Shown here in pieces: positions 47,455 to 57,782 of a DNA stretch of 64,000 nucleotides. Source of the DNA: Candidatus Multivoradales bacterium (GTDB taxonomy: Bacteria > Acidobacteriota > Thermoanaerobaculia > Multivoradales > J023); NCBI GenBank assembly GCA_965248925.1, contig CBDFLE010000006.1, positions 2,752,001-2,816,000 of the forward strand, in the 5' to 3' direction. Below the pieces are notes generated by a model. The model did no database searches and was not told the DNA's origin. It saw nothing but the letters and a program-made list of their open reading frames with translations. The stretch's first letter is position 1. Each line of letters opens with the position of its first letter. The translations under genes and the position numbers were made by a program.

Positions 47455-50343
47455 TCAGTTGAAGCTGATCCGAGCGCCGATCTGGAAGGTCCGCGGGGTG
47501 GTCACCAAGGTGCCAGCAATACCGAACTCGCCCTGGTTCGGGTCACGCTGATCGAAGCCGGTCACCGCGAAGCTGTTCTCGTCGAGGAGGTTGAATGCCT
47601 CGCCGAAGAGATCGATCTTCCAGGTACCGAGGTTGATGAACTTCGACACCCGCAAGTCGATGCGGTTGATCGACTCGTTGCGGAACGAGTTGCGCTCCAC
47701 CACCTGGCCGTTGATCACCGCGCGGACGTCGGGGCAGTTGAAGCCCAAGCGGCCGAAACCGCAGTAGGCAAAATCCACCGAGTCGTCGACCGCGGTGTAG
47801 GGACGGCCGGAGCGGTACTCGAAGATGCCGCTGATCCGGATATCCCACGGCAGCAGATACAGACCGCTCAACACGAAGCGGTTCTCGACGTCGCGATCCG
47901 ACAGACCGTAGTCGTAGTTGAGGTCGGCCGGGTTGCTGATGTCGATGCCGGTGGCGCTGCGCTCGTTGTCGTCGTTGCTCTCGTCCTTCGACCAAGTGTA
48001 GTGAGCCTGCATCTGGTACTTGTCCGAGAAACGCTTGTTGACCTTGAAGGTCACCGCTTTGTACTCCGACTCACTGATCGACTGGCGGGTGAAGATCTCA
48101 TTGAAGTCCGAGTTCGGGCGCGTTGAGGAGTAGACCGGACGGCCGAACTCATCGAGACGATCCAGGGTGCGGTTGAGTTCGACATTCGAACCCAACATGT
48201 CGCCCTCGGCGTAGACGACGTCAACACCAGCAGTCCAGTTGCCACCCAAGTTACGCTCGTAGCCGAGATTAAGCCGGGTGGTCTCCGAGTCTTCATAGCT
48301 CGGATCGACATAGGCAGGCGAGTTGGGCGCGTCGAGCGGTGGGTTCTGATTGTCGATCGAGGTGCCCAGGGGCACGAAGCCGATATCGCCAGGCTGCACG
48401 TTGACCCGGCCGAAATTCGGGAACAGGCCGTTCTGCTGGATCTGGCTGGCGAAAAGCAGCGACGGGGTGCGACCGTAGAACAGGCCGGCACCACCGCGCA
48501 ACACACCGTTCTCACCCAAAGTGTAGGCAAAGCCTAGACGCGGGGCGAAGTTGTTGGTGTCGTCCGGGATATCGCGACCTTCGGGGAACAGGTGCTCTAG
48601 GTTGTCAGGGTTGTAGGTCGCGCCGTAGCGGAAGCCGAAGTTGACCGACAAGCGGGCGTTGGGCTTGTAGCTGTCCTGGGCGTAGATGCCGAGTAGCGAC
48701 TGGGTCTCGTCGTAGTTCGGGTTGGTGATGTTGCCGAAGTAGATCCGCACGTTCGAGGCTTCGTTGTTCATGAAGTCTTCGAGAGAGCGGAAATCGTAGC
48801 GGCCATCGGCGCTGCCCTTGAAGAGCTGCGACAGATTATCTTCCTGGTAGTCGACACCGAATTTCAGGTCGTGGTTGCCGAACAAATAGGAGAAGTTGTC
48901 CTGCACCTGCAGCTTCTCCTCCTCGACAAAGATCGGCAGGAAGTCGAATTTGCCGACGCTATCGCGCGAGCCGAAGCGGAAGCGGATCTGTGCCTCTATC
49001 GGCTCTCCTACCCGCAGTGACAGGCGGTCGAGATTGTCCTCTGCCAGCTGAATGCGGAACTCGTTGACCGAACTCTGGCCGACTAGCGAAACTACCGCAG
49101 CGACCAGCGAGGTGGTGTCTTCGGTCTTGTTCGACTCCTCGTCGCGGAAGGTGCTGAGGCGTTCGTAGTCGGTGAGGTTGATCCGTGCCGACAGGGCGTG
49201 GCGGTCGTTGATCTGATGATCGATCTTGGCGAACAAGATCTGGTTATCGACCTCGCGATTAAAGATGCCTTCGGCGGTGCCATCGGCGTTGCGGGTGTAG
49301 CCCTCCACCAGCTGGTCGAAACCGCGCGCGATCAGCGCATCATAGACCCCGGCGGTGCGCAGGCTGCGGGTGATCGGCTCATCACGGTTGGTCTGGTCGT
49401 AGGAGAAGAAGAAGTGGGTCTTGTCCTTGGAGATCGGGCCACCGATCGATAGACCATAGTTGAGCTTCTCGAATTGGGAGACCTCGCGGTCGCCGCCGTT
49501 GCCACGCGATTCGTCGAGGGGGGTGGCCGGAATGTCGTCGGCCATGCTGTCGTCTTGGAAGAAGAAGAAGCCGGTGCCCTTCAACTTGTTGGTACCCGAC
49601 TTGGTGATCACGTTGACGAAGCCGCCACCGTTGGCGCCGTACTCGGGAGCGAAGCTGCTGGTAACTACCTGGAACTCCTTGACCGAGTCCTGGGCGATGA
49701 CCAAACCGTCGTTCTCGGTCGCCTCGCCGCCACGGCCGTAGCCGAAGAAGGCGCTCTTGGCCGAGGTGCCGTCGATGTTTAGGCCGGTGTAGATACCGCG
49801 CTGGCCGCTCATGGTGATGAAACCACGATCGGTGTCGGCCTGTACGGTCGGCGTGAGTAGAGCGAAATCGGTGAAGTCGCGGCCGATGATCGGCAACGCC
49901 TCGATCTCTTCTTCGCTGACGTAAGAGGCGGTGCTTGACCGGCTGGTCTCGAGCAGCGGCGCTTCGGAGGTGACGGTAATGACCTCGGTCACCTCGGCGA
50001 CACCGAGTTCCAAGTTGAGGCTGATGGTCTGACCCACCTGCAATCGCACACTTTCTTGGCGCACGGATTGGAAGCCGTCGAGCGAAGCGGTGACGTCATA
50101 GCGGCCACTGGCCATTGACGGTGCGCTGAAAAAGCCAGCGCTGTTGGTCTGAGCCGTTCGCACGGCTCCGGTCTCGGTGTTTTTGGCCGAGACGCTGACG
50201 CCGGGTAGGGGGGCGCCAGAAGAATCGAGGACATAGCCCTGGATCGAACCTAGGGTCTGTCCGGTTGCATTGGACGCACAAAGCAAGAGCAGGGCAGCTG
50301 TGAAGCCGAGCCAGCGGAACCTGCACCGCGAAACAGAGAGCAT
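47455..50343 (-). CDS. TonB-dependent outer-membrane receptor, Oar-type, with an N-terminal carboxypeptidase-regulatory-like domain
   Basis: GGAGG RBS, signal peptide, GSIQGYVLDSSGAPLPGVSV, DSVKEFQV....FAPEYG..GG..NVITKSGTN, NNFAPRLGFAY, C-terminal PRTFQIGARISFN. Confidence 0.93.
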   Translation of the reverse strand: MLSVSRCRFRWLGFTAALLLLCASNATGQTLGSIQGYVLDSSGAPLPGVSVSAKNTETGAVRTAQTNSAGFFSAPSMASGRYDVTASLDGFQSVRQESVRLQVGQTISLNLELGVAEVTEVITVTSEAPLLETSRSSTASYVSEEEIEALPIIGRDFTDFALLTPTVQADTDRGFITMSGQRGIYTGLNIDGTSAKSAFFGYGRGGEATENDGLVIAQDSVKEFQVVTSSFAPEYGANGGGFVNVITKSGTNKLKGTGFFFFQDDSMADDIPATPLDESRGNGGDREVSQFEKLNYGLSIGGPISKDKTHFFFSYDQTNRDEPITRSLRTAGVYDALIARGFDQLVEGYTRNADGTAEGIFNREVDNQILFAKIDHQINDRHALSARINLTDYERLSTFRDEESNKTEDTTSLVAAVVSLVGQSSVNEFRIQLAEDNLDRLSLRVGEPIEAQIRFRFGSRDSVGKFDFLPIFVEEEKLQVQDNFSYLFGNHDLKFGVDYQEDNLSQLFKGSADGRYDFRSLEDFMNNEASNVRIYFGNITNPNYDETQSLLGIYAQDSYKPNARLSVNFGFRYGATYNPDNLEHLFPEGRDIPDDTNNFAPRLGFAYTLGENGVLRGGAGLFYGRTPSLLFASQIQQNGLFPNFGRVNVQPGDIGFVPLGTSIDNQNPPLDAPNSPAYVDPSYEDSETTRLNLGYERNLGGNWTAGVDVVYAEGDMLGSNVELNRTLDRLDEFGRPVYSSTRPNSDFNEIFTRQSISESEYKAVTFKVNKRFSDKYQMQAHYTWSKDESNDDNERSATGIDISNPADLNYDYGLSDRDVENRFVLSGLYLLPWDIRISGIFEYRSGRPYTAVDDSVDFAYCGFGRLGFNCPDVRAVINGQVVERNSFRNESINRIDLRVSKFINLGTWKIDLFGEAFNLLDENSFAVTGFDQRDPNQGEFGIAGTLVTTPRTFQIGARISFN

Positions 50344-50611
50344 GCCGTAACCTCCGTGTTCCTTCCCGAAGCCTGCTTCGGGCTCGGCCACCGCGGCCGA
50401 ATTCAGTTGATCTCTTCGTCTTAGGGACGGCTAGATCGTAGCAGGCGGAAGGGTTTCTTTGAATCCTCTAGGGACAGTTTGACCCCTACAGGTAGCAGTC
50501 TTTTTACAGTAGTTGCACAAGGTTTTGTGCAACTACCCTCTCCTCAGACTATTTGCTGTTGAGTCGAGGCAGAGTTTACGACAGTCGGGGTGGGAGCGGG
50601 TTAGGGAATTG

Positions 50612-50830
50612 TCAGGGACTCTTAGACGGCGGTTTGCCGGCGATCGCCAAGAACAGCTCTTCGACAATCCCTTTGAGTTCCAGAGTGTAGTTAGCCAGAT
50701 CCTTCACTTTGCCGTCGACTTGGTCCAGGTTTGTGCCGCGCATGGAGCTTTGGGGCCGGATCTTGTGGCGCAGACGCTCGTCGAGCAGGTCGAGGCGTTG
50801 GTAGGCGTCTTTGAAGCGCTGCGGGTCCAT
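50612..50830 (-). CDS. Small hypothetical coiled-coil protein (72 aa)
   Basis: AGGAG RBS, ATG 50830, MDPQRFKDAYQRLDLLDERL...; amphipathic helices. Confidence 0.7.
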   Translation of the reverse strand: MDPQRFKDAYQRLDLLDERLRHKIRPQSSMRGTNLDQVDGKVKDLANYTLELKGIVEELFLAIAGKPPSKSP

Positions 50831-50930
50831 TCTCAGCTCTCCTGGTGGCAAAACGCCAGAGTGGCGCCGGCCTGGTCGTTGGGGCTTGGGGAGTTTGGTC
50901 TTCGGCGGGCCGTAGTCCGGTTCTCGCTCT

Positions 50931-51518
50931 TCAATTAGTGCTGGACTCGCCGTAGTTCGGCGTCCAACTCGGCAGTTGGGCAGGGTCGATCCCCACCGAG
51001 CCCAAGGCTGTTGCCCAGATATTTTCCGCATCTTTGTCGAATACCAGCTCGACGTCGAGCGGCGCGGTCAGCCAGTCGTTACGCATCATCTCGTCTTGCA
51101 GTTGGCCCGCTCCCCACTGGGCGAAGCCGAGCAACAGGCGGAAAGACGCCGGCGGCTGCCGGGCCAATACCTCGAGATCGCCAATGTGCTGAGTGAAGCT
51201 CACCCCTGGGCAGATCTCGCGCGGCTCGTGCTCGCCCACCGGCGGCTGTGCATCGGTGGGGTAGATCACCGTACCGAGCTGCTGTTGCACCGGCCCGCCG
51301 AGATGGGCGGTGGCGACTTGATCGCCGGCCCAAGGAATCTCCAATCCTTCGAGGATTTCGGCGACTTTCATGCCGGTGGGTCGGTTGACGACAAACCCCA
51401 AACTACCGTCTTGCTGATGGTGGACTAGAAGCACGACGCTTTGGTGGAAAAACGGATCGAGCACCTGTGGCATGGCCAGTAGAAAGACTGGTGGGTTGAG
51501 TTCCAGGGTGTCGGACAT
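50931..51518 (-). CDS. YqgE/AlgH family protein
   Basis: FLLAMPQVLDPFFHQSVV, GFVVNRP, GGPV, GFAQWGAGQLQDE...WL. Confidence 0.92.
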   Translation of the reverse strand: MSDTLELNPPVFLLAMPQVLDPFFHQSVVLLVHHQQDGSLGFVVNRPTGMKVAEILEGLEIPWAGDQVATAHLGGPVQQQLGTVIYPTDAQPPVGEHEPREICPGVSFTQHIGDLEVLARQPPASFRLLLGFAQWGAGQLQDEMMRNDWLTAPLDVELVFDKDAENIWATALGSVGIDPAQLPSWTPNYGESSTN

Positions 51519-51736
51519 GGCCCTATTCTATGTCAGGAGTCGTCTTGGGCGGAGGTTGGACGGCCACTTCTTCCATCCCTTCATCGACGGGTAGGCTAGG
51601 CAGGGCTCGGCTCACAGGGTCTGTTAGAATCCAGCCTCTTGGTTGCATTTCGGCCTGTTGAGCTTGCATTTTCCGGGCACAGCCTTAGTCAACACATCCC
51701 TTAATGAACATAGCCTGGAACGAACCCAGCCCTTAG

Positions 51737-54433
51737 ATGGACACCTCTAATATGAAGAATAGCTTCAACGCCCAGCGTACACTTCGAGTCGGCGACCGCG
51801 AGCTGCAAATCGCCAGTCTCGAAGCCCTCGACCAGCAAGGCTGGAATCCTAGCCGCCTACCCTTCGCCACCCGCATTCTGCTCGAAAATCTGCTGCGTCG
51901 CGAGGACGGCAAGGTGGTGCCGGCGGCGGATGTCGAAGCGGTGGCCAAGTGGGATCCGCAAGCCGAGCCGGCGACCGAGATCGCTTTCATGCCGGCCCGC
52001 GTCTTGCTACAAGATTTCACCGGTGTGCCGGCGATCGTCGATTTGGCGGCAATGCGCGACGCCATGTTGCGAATGGGGGGCGATCCGGAGCTGATCAACC
52101 CGCTGCAAGCGGTCGAGTTGGTGATCGACCACTCGGTGCAGGTCGACGAATACGGCAAGGCGGCGGCCCTGTTGATCAACGCTGAGCGTGAGTTCGAGCG
52201 CAATCGCGAGCGTTACGGTTTCCTGCGCTGGGGGCAGAGCGCGCTGCGCAACTTCCGCGTCGTACCGCCGGCCACCGGCATCGTCCACCAGGTCAATCTG
52301 GAATACCTGGCACGGGGGGTCATGGTCGGCGAGGGCGAGGCGCCTTTTGCCTACCCCGACACTCTGGTTGGCACCGACAGCCACACGACGATGATCAATG
52401 GCCTGGGCGTGCTCGGCTGGGGAGTGGGCGGTATCGAAGCCGAGGCGGCGATGCTCGGCCAGCCGATCTCGATGCTGATTCCCCAGGTGGTGGGTTTCCG
52501 CTTCACCGGCGAGCTGCCCGAGGGAGCCACCGCTACGGACCTGGTGCTACGGGTCACCGAGTTGTTGCGGGCTCATGGCGTGGTGGGCAAGTTCGTCGAG
52601 TTCTTCGGCCCTGGGCTGACCTCCTTGCGTCTCGCTGATCGAGCGACGATCGCCAACATGGCGCCGGAGTATGGAGCTACTTGCGGCATCTTCCCGATCG
52701 ACGCGGTGAGCCTTGGCTACTTGCGCTTCACCGGCCGCTCGGCCGAGCAGTTGGCGCTGGTCGAGGCCTACATGAAGGAGCAGGGCCTGTTCCACACCGC
52801 CGACAGCCCGGAAGCCGAGTACAGCGACACCCTGGGGCTTGACCTCGGCGATGTCGAGCCCAGCCTGGCGGGACCCAAGCGGCCGCAGGACCGGATCAAC
52901 CTGCGCCAGATGCACACTGCGTTTGGAGAGCAGCTGCCGGCGTTGCTGCCGGCGGGCTCCGCGGCCAGCAGCGCGGTCCAGACTTCCTTTGGGGGCAGCG
53001 ATTTCGATCTGCGCCATGGTTCGGTGGTGATTGCCGCCATTACCAGCTGCACCAACACCTCCAATCCATCGGTCATGGTGGCCGCCGGCTTACTGGCCAA
53101 GAAAGCGGTCGAGTTTGGCCTTGAGTCCAAGCCGTGGGTCAAGACCAGTTTGGCACCGGGTTCCAAGGTGGTCACCAGTTACCTTGACCGGGCTGGCCTG
53201 ACTCCCTATCTGGAAGCGCTCAAATTCCACACCGTCGGCTATGGCTGCACCACTTGTATCGGCAATTCCGGGCCGCTGCCAGAGCCGATTCGAGAGGCTA
53301 TCCATGCGGGCGATCTGGTGGCTTGCTCAGTGTTGTCGGGCAACCGCAACTTCGAAGGGCGAATCGGCCCTGACATTCGTGCCAACTACCTTGCCTCGCC
53401 GCCGCTGGTGGTGGCCTATGCCTTGGCTGGACGGATGGACATCGACGTCTACAACGAACCCCTCGGTACCAGCAAAGACGGCCAAGAGGTGTTTTTGAAG
53501 GACCTCTGGCCGAGTCAGCAGGAGATCGAAGACACCGTCCGAGTGGCTCTCGAGCCAGAGATGTTCGAGCGTGAATACGCCGACGTCTATGCCGGTGACG
53601 AGCAGTGGCGCAGCATGCCGACGCCGGAAGGCGCGACCTTCGACTGGCAAGCAGATTCGACCTACATTCGCCTGGTGCCGTTCTTCGATGGCATGTCGGA
53701 GCAGGCCGAGCCGCCTGCGGACATCAAGGGTGCCCGCGTGCTGGCGCTGTTGGGTGACTCGGTCACCACCGACCACATCTCGCCGGCGGGCGCCATCCAG
53801 CGCGATAGCCCGGCCGGCAAGTACCTCACCGAGCATGGCGTCGCGGTGCGGGATTTCAATTCCTACGGCTCGCGGCGGGGCAATCACGAGGTGATGATGC
53901 GTGGCACCTTTGCCAATGTGCGGCTGCGCAACAAGCTGGTGCAGATCGAGGGGGGTCACACCTTGCATATGCCGTCCGGCGAAGCGATGACCATCTACGA
54001 CGCCGCCATGCGCTATCGCCAAGAGGGAGTGCCGTTGGTGATCCTTACCGGCAAGGAATACGGCACCGGCTCGTCCCGCGACTGGGCGGCCAAGGGCCCC
54101 CTCTTGCAGGGAGTGCGGGCGGTGATCGCGCAGAGTTACGAGCGTATTCATCGCTCCAATCTGATCGGCATGGGCATTCTGCCCCTCGAGTTCTTGGCCG
54201 GTGAGTCGGCCGCTAGCCTGGGATTCGATGGCCACGAGACTTACGACGTCGAGGGGCTCGCTGAGCTGGTCGGTGAGGAATTTCAAGCAGCCCGACAACT
54301 CACCGTCGTCGCCCACTCCGCGGCCGGCGGCAACCGCTCCTTCCAAGCCGTGGTGCGTCTCGATACGCCCCAAGAGGCGGCTTACTTCCACCACGGCGGC
54401 ATCTTGCAGTACGTCCTCAGACAGCTGCTCTAA
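51737..54433 (+). CDS. acnA: Aconitate hydratase A
   Basis: [68 protein letters not shown]. Confidence 0.98.
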   Translation: MDTSNMKNSFNAQRTLRVGDRELQIASLEALDQQGWNPSRLPFATRILLENLLRREDGKVVPAADVEAVAKWDPQAEPATEIAFMPARVLLQDFTGVPAIVDLAAMRDAMLRMGGDPELINPLQAVELVIDHSVQVDEYGKAAALLINAEREFERNRERYGFLRWGQSALRNFRVVPPATGIVHQVNLEYLARGVMVGEGEAPFAYPDTLVGTDSHTTMINGLGVLGWGVGGIEAEAAMLGQPISMLIPQVVGFRFTGELPEGATATDLVLRVTELLRAHGVVGKFVEFFGPGLTSLRLADRATIANMAPEYGATCGIFPIDAVSLGYLRFTGRSAEQLALVEAYMKEQGLFHTADSPEAEYSDTLGLDLGDVEPSLAGPKRPQDRINLRQMHTAFGEQLPALLPAGSAASSAVQTSFGGSDFDLRHGSVVIAAITSCTNTSNPSVMVAAGLLAKKAVEFGLESKPWVKTSLAPGSKVVTSYLDRAGLTPYLEALKFHTVGYGCTTCIGNSGPLPEPIREAIHAGDLVACSVLSGNRNFEGRIGPDIRANYLASPPLVVAYALAGRMDIDVYNEPLGTSKDGQEVFLKDLWPSQQEIEDTVRVALEPEMFEREYADVYAGDEQWRSMPTPEGATFDWQADSTYIRLVPFFDGMSEQAEPPADIKGARVLALLGDSVTTDHISPAGAIQRDSPAGKYLTEHGVAVRDFNSYGSRRGNHEVMMRGTFANVRLRNKLVQIEGGHTLHMPSGEAMTIYDAAMRYRQEGVPLVILTGKEYGTGSSRDWAAKGPLLQGVRAVIAQSYERIHRSNLIGMGILPLEFLAGESAASLGFDGHETYDVEGLAELVGEEFQAARQLTVVAHSAAGGNRSFQAVVRLDTPQEAAYFHHGGILQYVLRQLL

Positions 54434-54473
54434 CAGCCCGCGATCACCGCGGGTCGACCGGATGATTTCGCTG

Positions 54474-54610
54474 AAAAAAACCCCGTACCAGGGGAAGATT
54501 CCGGGTACGGGGTGGAGGAGTGGAAACTGAAGGAGAAGGTTGGCGGCGAAGCCGCACGGTGCGCAACCCGCCAGCAGGCACCCTGCGGCCTCGCCGACCT
54601 TCCTCTTTAA
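54474..54610 (-). ncRNA. Candidate small RNA (5' end uncertain, up to about 54656)
   Basis: Orphan minus-strand terminator (ACCCCGTACC/GGTACGGGGT plus T run) between two plus-strand genes, preceded by a C/U-rich linker and a long GC hairpin. Confidence 0.55.
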
Positions 54611-54761
54611 GTAACGCATGGCCTGTAAAATTGGATTTCTCCACTGAAAACCCGCAGGCGAAAAGAGTCCTTTCTTGGCTCTTTTTGTCAAATTTCAGCT
54701 GAAGCCTCGGTCTCGACGGTAACGTTGGACCCGCGCCGAAGCAATCGGTCTACCGCCTGCC

Positions 54762-55529
54762 ATGAGCCAAGATCCACTGACCCGTTTCGTCTTTCTGCTG
54801 CAGGGCCTGCCACCCGAACTGCTGTGGTTGGCGATGCTCCTCGTCTGCTTTTCCTCGCTGCTGGTGCTGCACCGGTTGTTCGGCGAAGCTGGGCTCTATG
54901 CCTATGGGGTGGTGGCTATTTTGGGGGCCAATATTCAGGTCTTGAAAGCGGTGCAGTTCTCGGTCTACTCAAAGCCGGTGGCGCTGGGCACGGTGATCTT
55001 CGCCTCGTCGTATTTGGCGACCGATATTCTTTCCGAATGCTATGGCGCGGCGCGGGCGCGCCTCGGTGTGCTGCTGGGCCTGGTCTGCTACTTGGTGTTC
55101 ACCATGATCATGATCGTCACCATGGGTTTCGCCCCGCTGACCGCCGAGCAGGCGGGCCAGGAGATGGCCTGGGCGGTGGCCAACAACCAGCACATCATGG
55201 CGATTTTTATGCACTCTCCGGCCCTGTTCATTGCCGGTATGGCAGCCTACTTGATTAGCCAGCTGCACGATGTCTGGCTTTTCGATCGCTTGAGAGCGGT
55301 GTGCGGCGGGCGTCATCTGTGGTTGCGAAACTCGCTGTCGACCGCGGTTTCCGCCTTCATCGACAACTTTGTTTTTTCAATGTTGGCCTGGATCGTTCTG
55401 GCCCCCGAGCCGTTGTCGTTCGATACCGTCTTCTGGGTCTATGTGGTCGGCACCTACTGGCTACGCCTGGCGATTGCGGTGCTCGACACGCCGTTTATGT
55501 ACCTAGCCCGACGCTGGAGCCCGAAGTGA
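54762..55529 (+). CDS. yhhQ: Queuosine precursor transporter (YhhQ/COG1738, Vut_1)
   Basis: ANIQVLK, YLATDILSECYG, AYLISQLHDVWLF, LWLRNSLST.VS.FIDN.VF. Confidence 0.9.
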   Translation: MSQDPLTRFVFLLQGLPPELLWLAMLLVCFSSLLVLHRLFGEAGLYAYGVVAILGANIQVLKAVQFSVYSKPVALGTVIFASSYLATDILSECYGAARARLGVLLGLVCYLVFTMIMIVTMGFAPLTAEQAGQEMAWAVANNQHIMAIFMHSPALFIAGMAAYLISQLHDVWLFDRLRAVCGGRHLWLRNSLSTAVSAFIDNFVFSMLAWIVLAPEPLSFDTVFWVYVVGTYWLRLAIAVLDTPFMYLARRWSPK

Positions 55530-56701
55530 AGTATCCCGGGTTTGATTTCGAGGTAGTGGCCGAGCAAGAAGGCCACCAGGCTCGATTGGGCAAGCTCACC
55601 ACTCCCCATGGGGTGGTGCAAACGCCGGCCTTCGTCTTTTGCGCCACCAAGGGCACGATCAAGGTCGCCAGCCCGCAAGACATGGTGGCGGCGGGCGCCC
55701 AAATCATCCTTGCCAACACCTACCACATGATGTTGCGCCCTGGCGGTGAGCTGGTTGAAGAACTCGGTGGCCTGCATTCCTTTACCGGATGGTCGGGGCC
55801 GATGCTCACCGACAGCGGTGGCTTTCAGGTGTTCAGTCTCGGTCATGGCTCGGTAGCCGACGAGATCAAGGGCGCCAAGTTCTCCCGCCAGCGGACGCTG
55901 CTCAAGATCACTGAAAAAGGAGCTGCCTTTCGCTCCTACATCGATGGTTCACGCCAGTTGGTGACCCCCGAGAGGTCGATTCGCGAGCAGCGGCGGCTCG
56001 GCGCCGACATAGTTCTGGCCTTCGACGAATGCACCCCATTTCACGCCGACCGGACCTACACCCGAAGGTCGATGGAGATGACTCACCGGTGGGCGGATCG
56101 CAGTCTGCAGGAATTCGAACGCCATCACGACGGCAAGCAGGCTCTCTACGGCATTTTGCAGGGTGGAGTATGGAGGGATCTGCGTCTCGCCGCGGCGGAG
56201 TTCATCAGTTCGCGGCCGTTTTTTGGCCATGCCATTGGCGGCTCCCTGGGGGGCACCAAACAACAGATGTACGACGTTGTCGAGCATGCCCTAGTCGGTT
56301 TGCGTCGGGACAAGCCGGTACACCTGCTCGGTATTGGCGGGGTCGAGGACATCTGGGAGGGGGTTAGCCGCGGGGTCGACACTTTCGACTGCGTCTCGCC
56401 GACCCGCATTGCCCGCCACGGTTGGGTGCTGACCCGCGAAGAGCCGAAATGGCGGATGAACTTGCGCAATGCCCGCTTTCGCCGCGACCCCCGCCCCTTG
56501 CGCGAAGACTGTGACTGCCCCACTTGCCAGCGCTACTCCCGAGCCTTCATCCACTACTTGTTCAAAGCTGGCGAGGTGCAAGCCATGCACCACGTTACGG
56601 TCTGCAACGTGCGTTTCATGGTCCGTCTGATGCAGGAGATCCGCGATGCCCTGGCTGCCGGTCGCTTCGAGCAAGTACGCCGGGAGTGGCTGGGGCGGTA
56701 G
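55526..56701 (+). CDS. tgt: tRNA-guanine(34) transglycosylase
   Basis: ARLGKLTTPHG.VQTP.F, ILANTYH, TDSGGFQVFSL, GILQGG, HLLGIG, GVDTFDCVSPTR, CxCxxC; GTG 55526 coupled to yhhQ. Confidence 0.96.
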   Translation: MKYPGFDFEVVAEQEGHQARLGKLTTPHGVVQTPAFVFCATKGTIKVASPQDMVAAGAQIILANTYHMMLRPGGELVEELGGLHSFTGWSGPMLTDSGGFQVFSLGHGSVADEIKGAKFSRQRTLLKITEKGAAFRSYIDGSRQLVTPERSIREQRRLGADIVLAFDECTPFHADRTYTRRSMEMTHRWADRSLQEFERHHDGKQALYGILQGGVWRDLRLAAAEFISSRPFFGHAIGGSLGGTKQQMYDVVEHALVGLRRDKPVHLLGIGGVEDIWEGVSRGVDTFDCVSPTRIARHGWVLTREEPKWRMNLRNARFRRDPRPLREDCDCPTCQRYSRAFIHYLFKAGEVQAMHHVTVCNVRFMVRLMQEIRDALAAGRFEQVRREWLGR

Positions 56702-56744
56702 TCAACCCACCGGGTCGGCAAAGCGCGATCTGCCACCGTGAGGA

Positions 56745-57731
56745 GTGAGAGTAGTGTCGACGATGACTGGCCCCCTGACTCTCAGCGACCAGGTCCGCCG
56801 AGATTGTCGCCGGGTGGCCGAGCGGGCGCGCTGGGTGCGGGTCGATCGCCAGCGGATCGCCAGCTACTCAGCGGCGCTGGATCCCCAGCAGCTGCGGCTA
56901 CCGACCCTTGATCGGCAGTGTCACTATCTTGGGCAGGGTGAGGCGACCGTGGCCTTCATGCTGACCTTGGAGGCAGTGAATTTCGGCTCCGCCAACCTCT
57001 CCTGCTTGCGTCAAGACGAGCAGCGATCCGGTTACTTTACGGTTGCAGGCGCCTTGACCCGCTATTTCCAACGCCACGGGCCGATCGCGGCACAGCAGCT
57101 GGCGCGCCTCGGGCTCAATGACTGCGCCAAGATTTTCGATCAGGAAGACCATCCGCCTGCCACCCCGCTACTGCACCGCTTCGCCGTCGCCCTGAAGGGA
57201 TTTGGAGAGCACTTGCTAACCCACTTCGACGGAGACTTCAGCCGGCTACTCGCCGCTGCCGAGGGGTCCGCCCAGTGTTTGGCGGCGCTGCTGGCTGAGG
57301 TCGAGAGTTTCCGTGATCAGGCGGTCTACGCTGGCCAAACGGTGCGCATCTACAAGCGGGCGCAACTCACCGCGGCAGACCTGTCATTGGCCTTTAGCGG
57401 TCGTGGGCCAGGCGAATTGGCCGGGCTCGATCAATTGACTCTCTTTGCTGACGACTTGGTGCCCCATGTGCTGCGCAGCGACGGCATCTTGCGTTACGAC
57501 CCGGTGTTGGCGGGCCGCATCGACAGGGGTGAACTGCTGCCCGCCGGCTCGGCGGAAGAAGTCGAGATCCGTGCCTGCGCGGTGCAAGCCGCGGAGTTGA
57601 TCACCGCCCAGCTGCGGGCCTGCGGGCTGCGGGCCTGCGCCATGCAGGTGGACTACTGCTTGTGGAATCGAGGTCTCGGAGCGGCCTACCGGCGGCGGCC
57701 TCGGCATCGCACGGTGACCGACTTCTACTGA
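56745..57731 (+). CDS. Queuosine salvage protein / queuosine 5'-phosphate N-glycosylase (Qng1, DUF2419)
   Basis: LEAVNFGS, SFRD, YKRAQL, LTLFADDLVPHVL..GILRY, EEVEIRA, VDYCLW, HRTVTDFY motifs; adjacent to tgt. Confidence 0.88.
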   Translation: MRVVSTMTGPLTLSDQVRRDCRRVAERARWVRVDRQRIASYSAALDPQQLRLPTLDRQCHYLGQGEATVAFMLTLEAVNFGSANLSCLRQDEQRSGYFTVAGALTRYFQRHGPIAAQQLARLGLNDCAKIFDQEDHPPATPLLHRFAVALKGFGEHLLTHFDGDFSRLLAAAEGSAQCLAALLAEVESFRDQAVYAGQTVRIYKRAQLTAADLSLAFSGRGPGELAGLDQLTLFADDLVPHVLRSDGILRYDPVLAGRIDRGELLPAGSAEEVEIRACAVQAAELITAQLRACGLRACAMQVDYCLWNRGLGAAYRRRPRHRTVTDFY

Positions 57732-57782
57732 GTTAGCGAGTGTGGTGGGCGAGCTTTGGAGGGCAGAGAATACCGCTGCGGT

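Noticed and set aside
54474-54660. 6S RNA or SRP RNA identity for the sRNA candidate
   Set aside because: No SRP helix-8 motif. The possible end-to-end pairing gives a very asymmetric bubble (about 35 vs 8 nt), unlike 6S. An Rfam search is still needed.
53327-54691. 454-aa antisense ORF over acnA and many other long overlapping ORFs (e.g. 15946-16863, 24289-25209, 34804-35628)
   Set aside because: Shadow frames typical of high-GC coding DNA, overlapping well-supported genes and lacking recognisable motifs.
54610-54761. preQ1 riboswitch ahead of yhhQ-tgt
   Set aside because: No class I pattern (short stem with a GUUC-containing loop followed by an A-rich tail) is recognisable on the plus strand.
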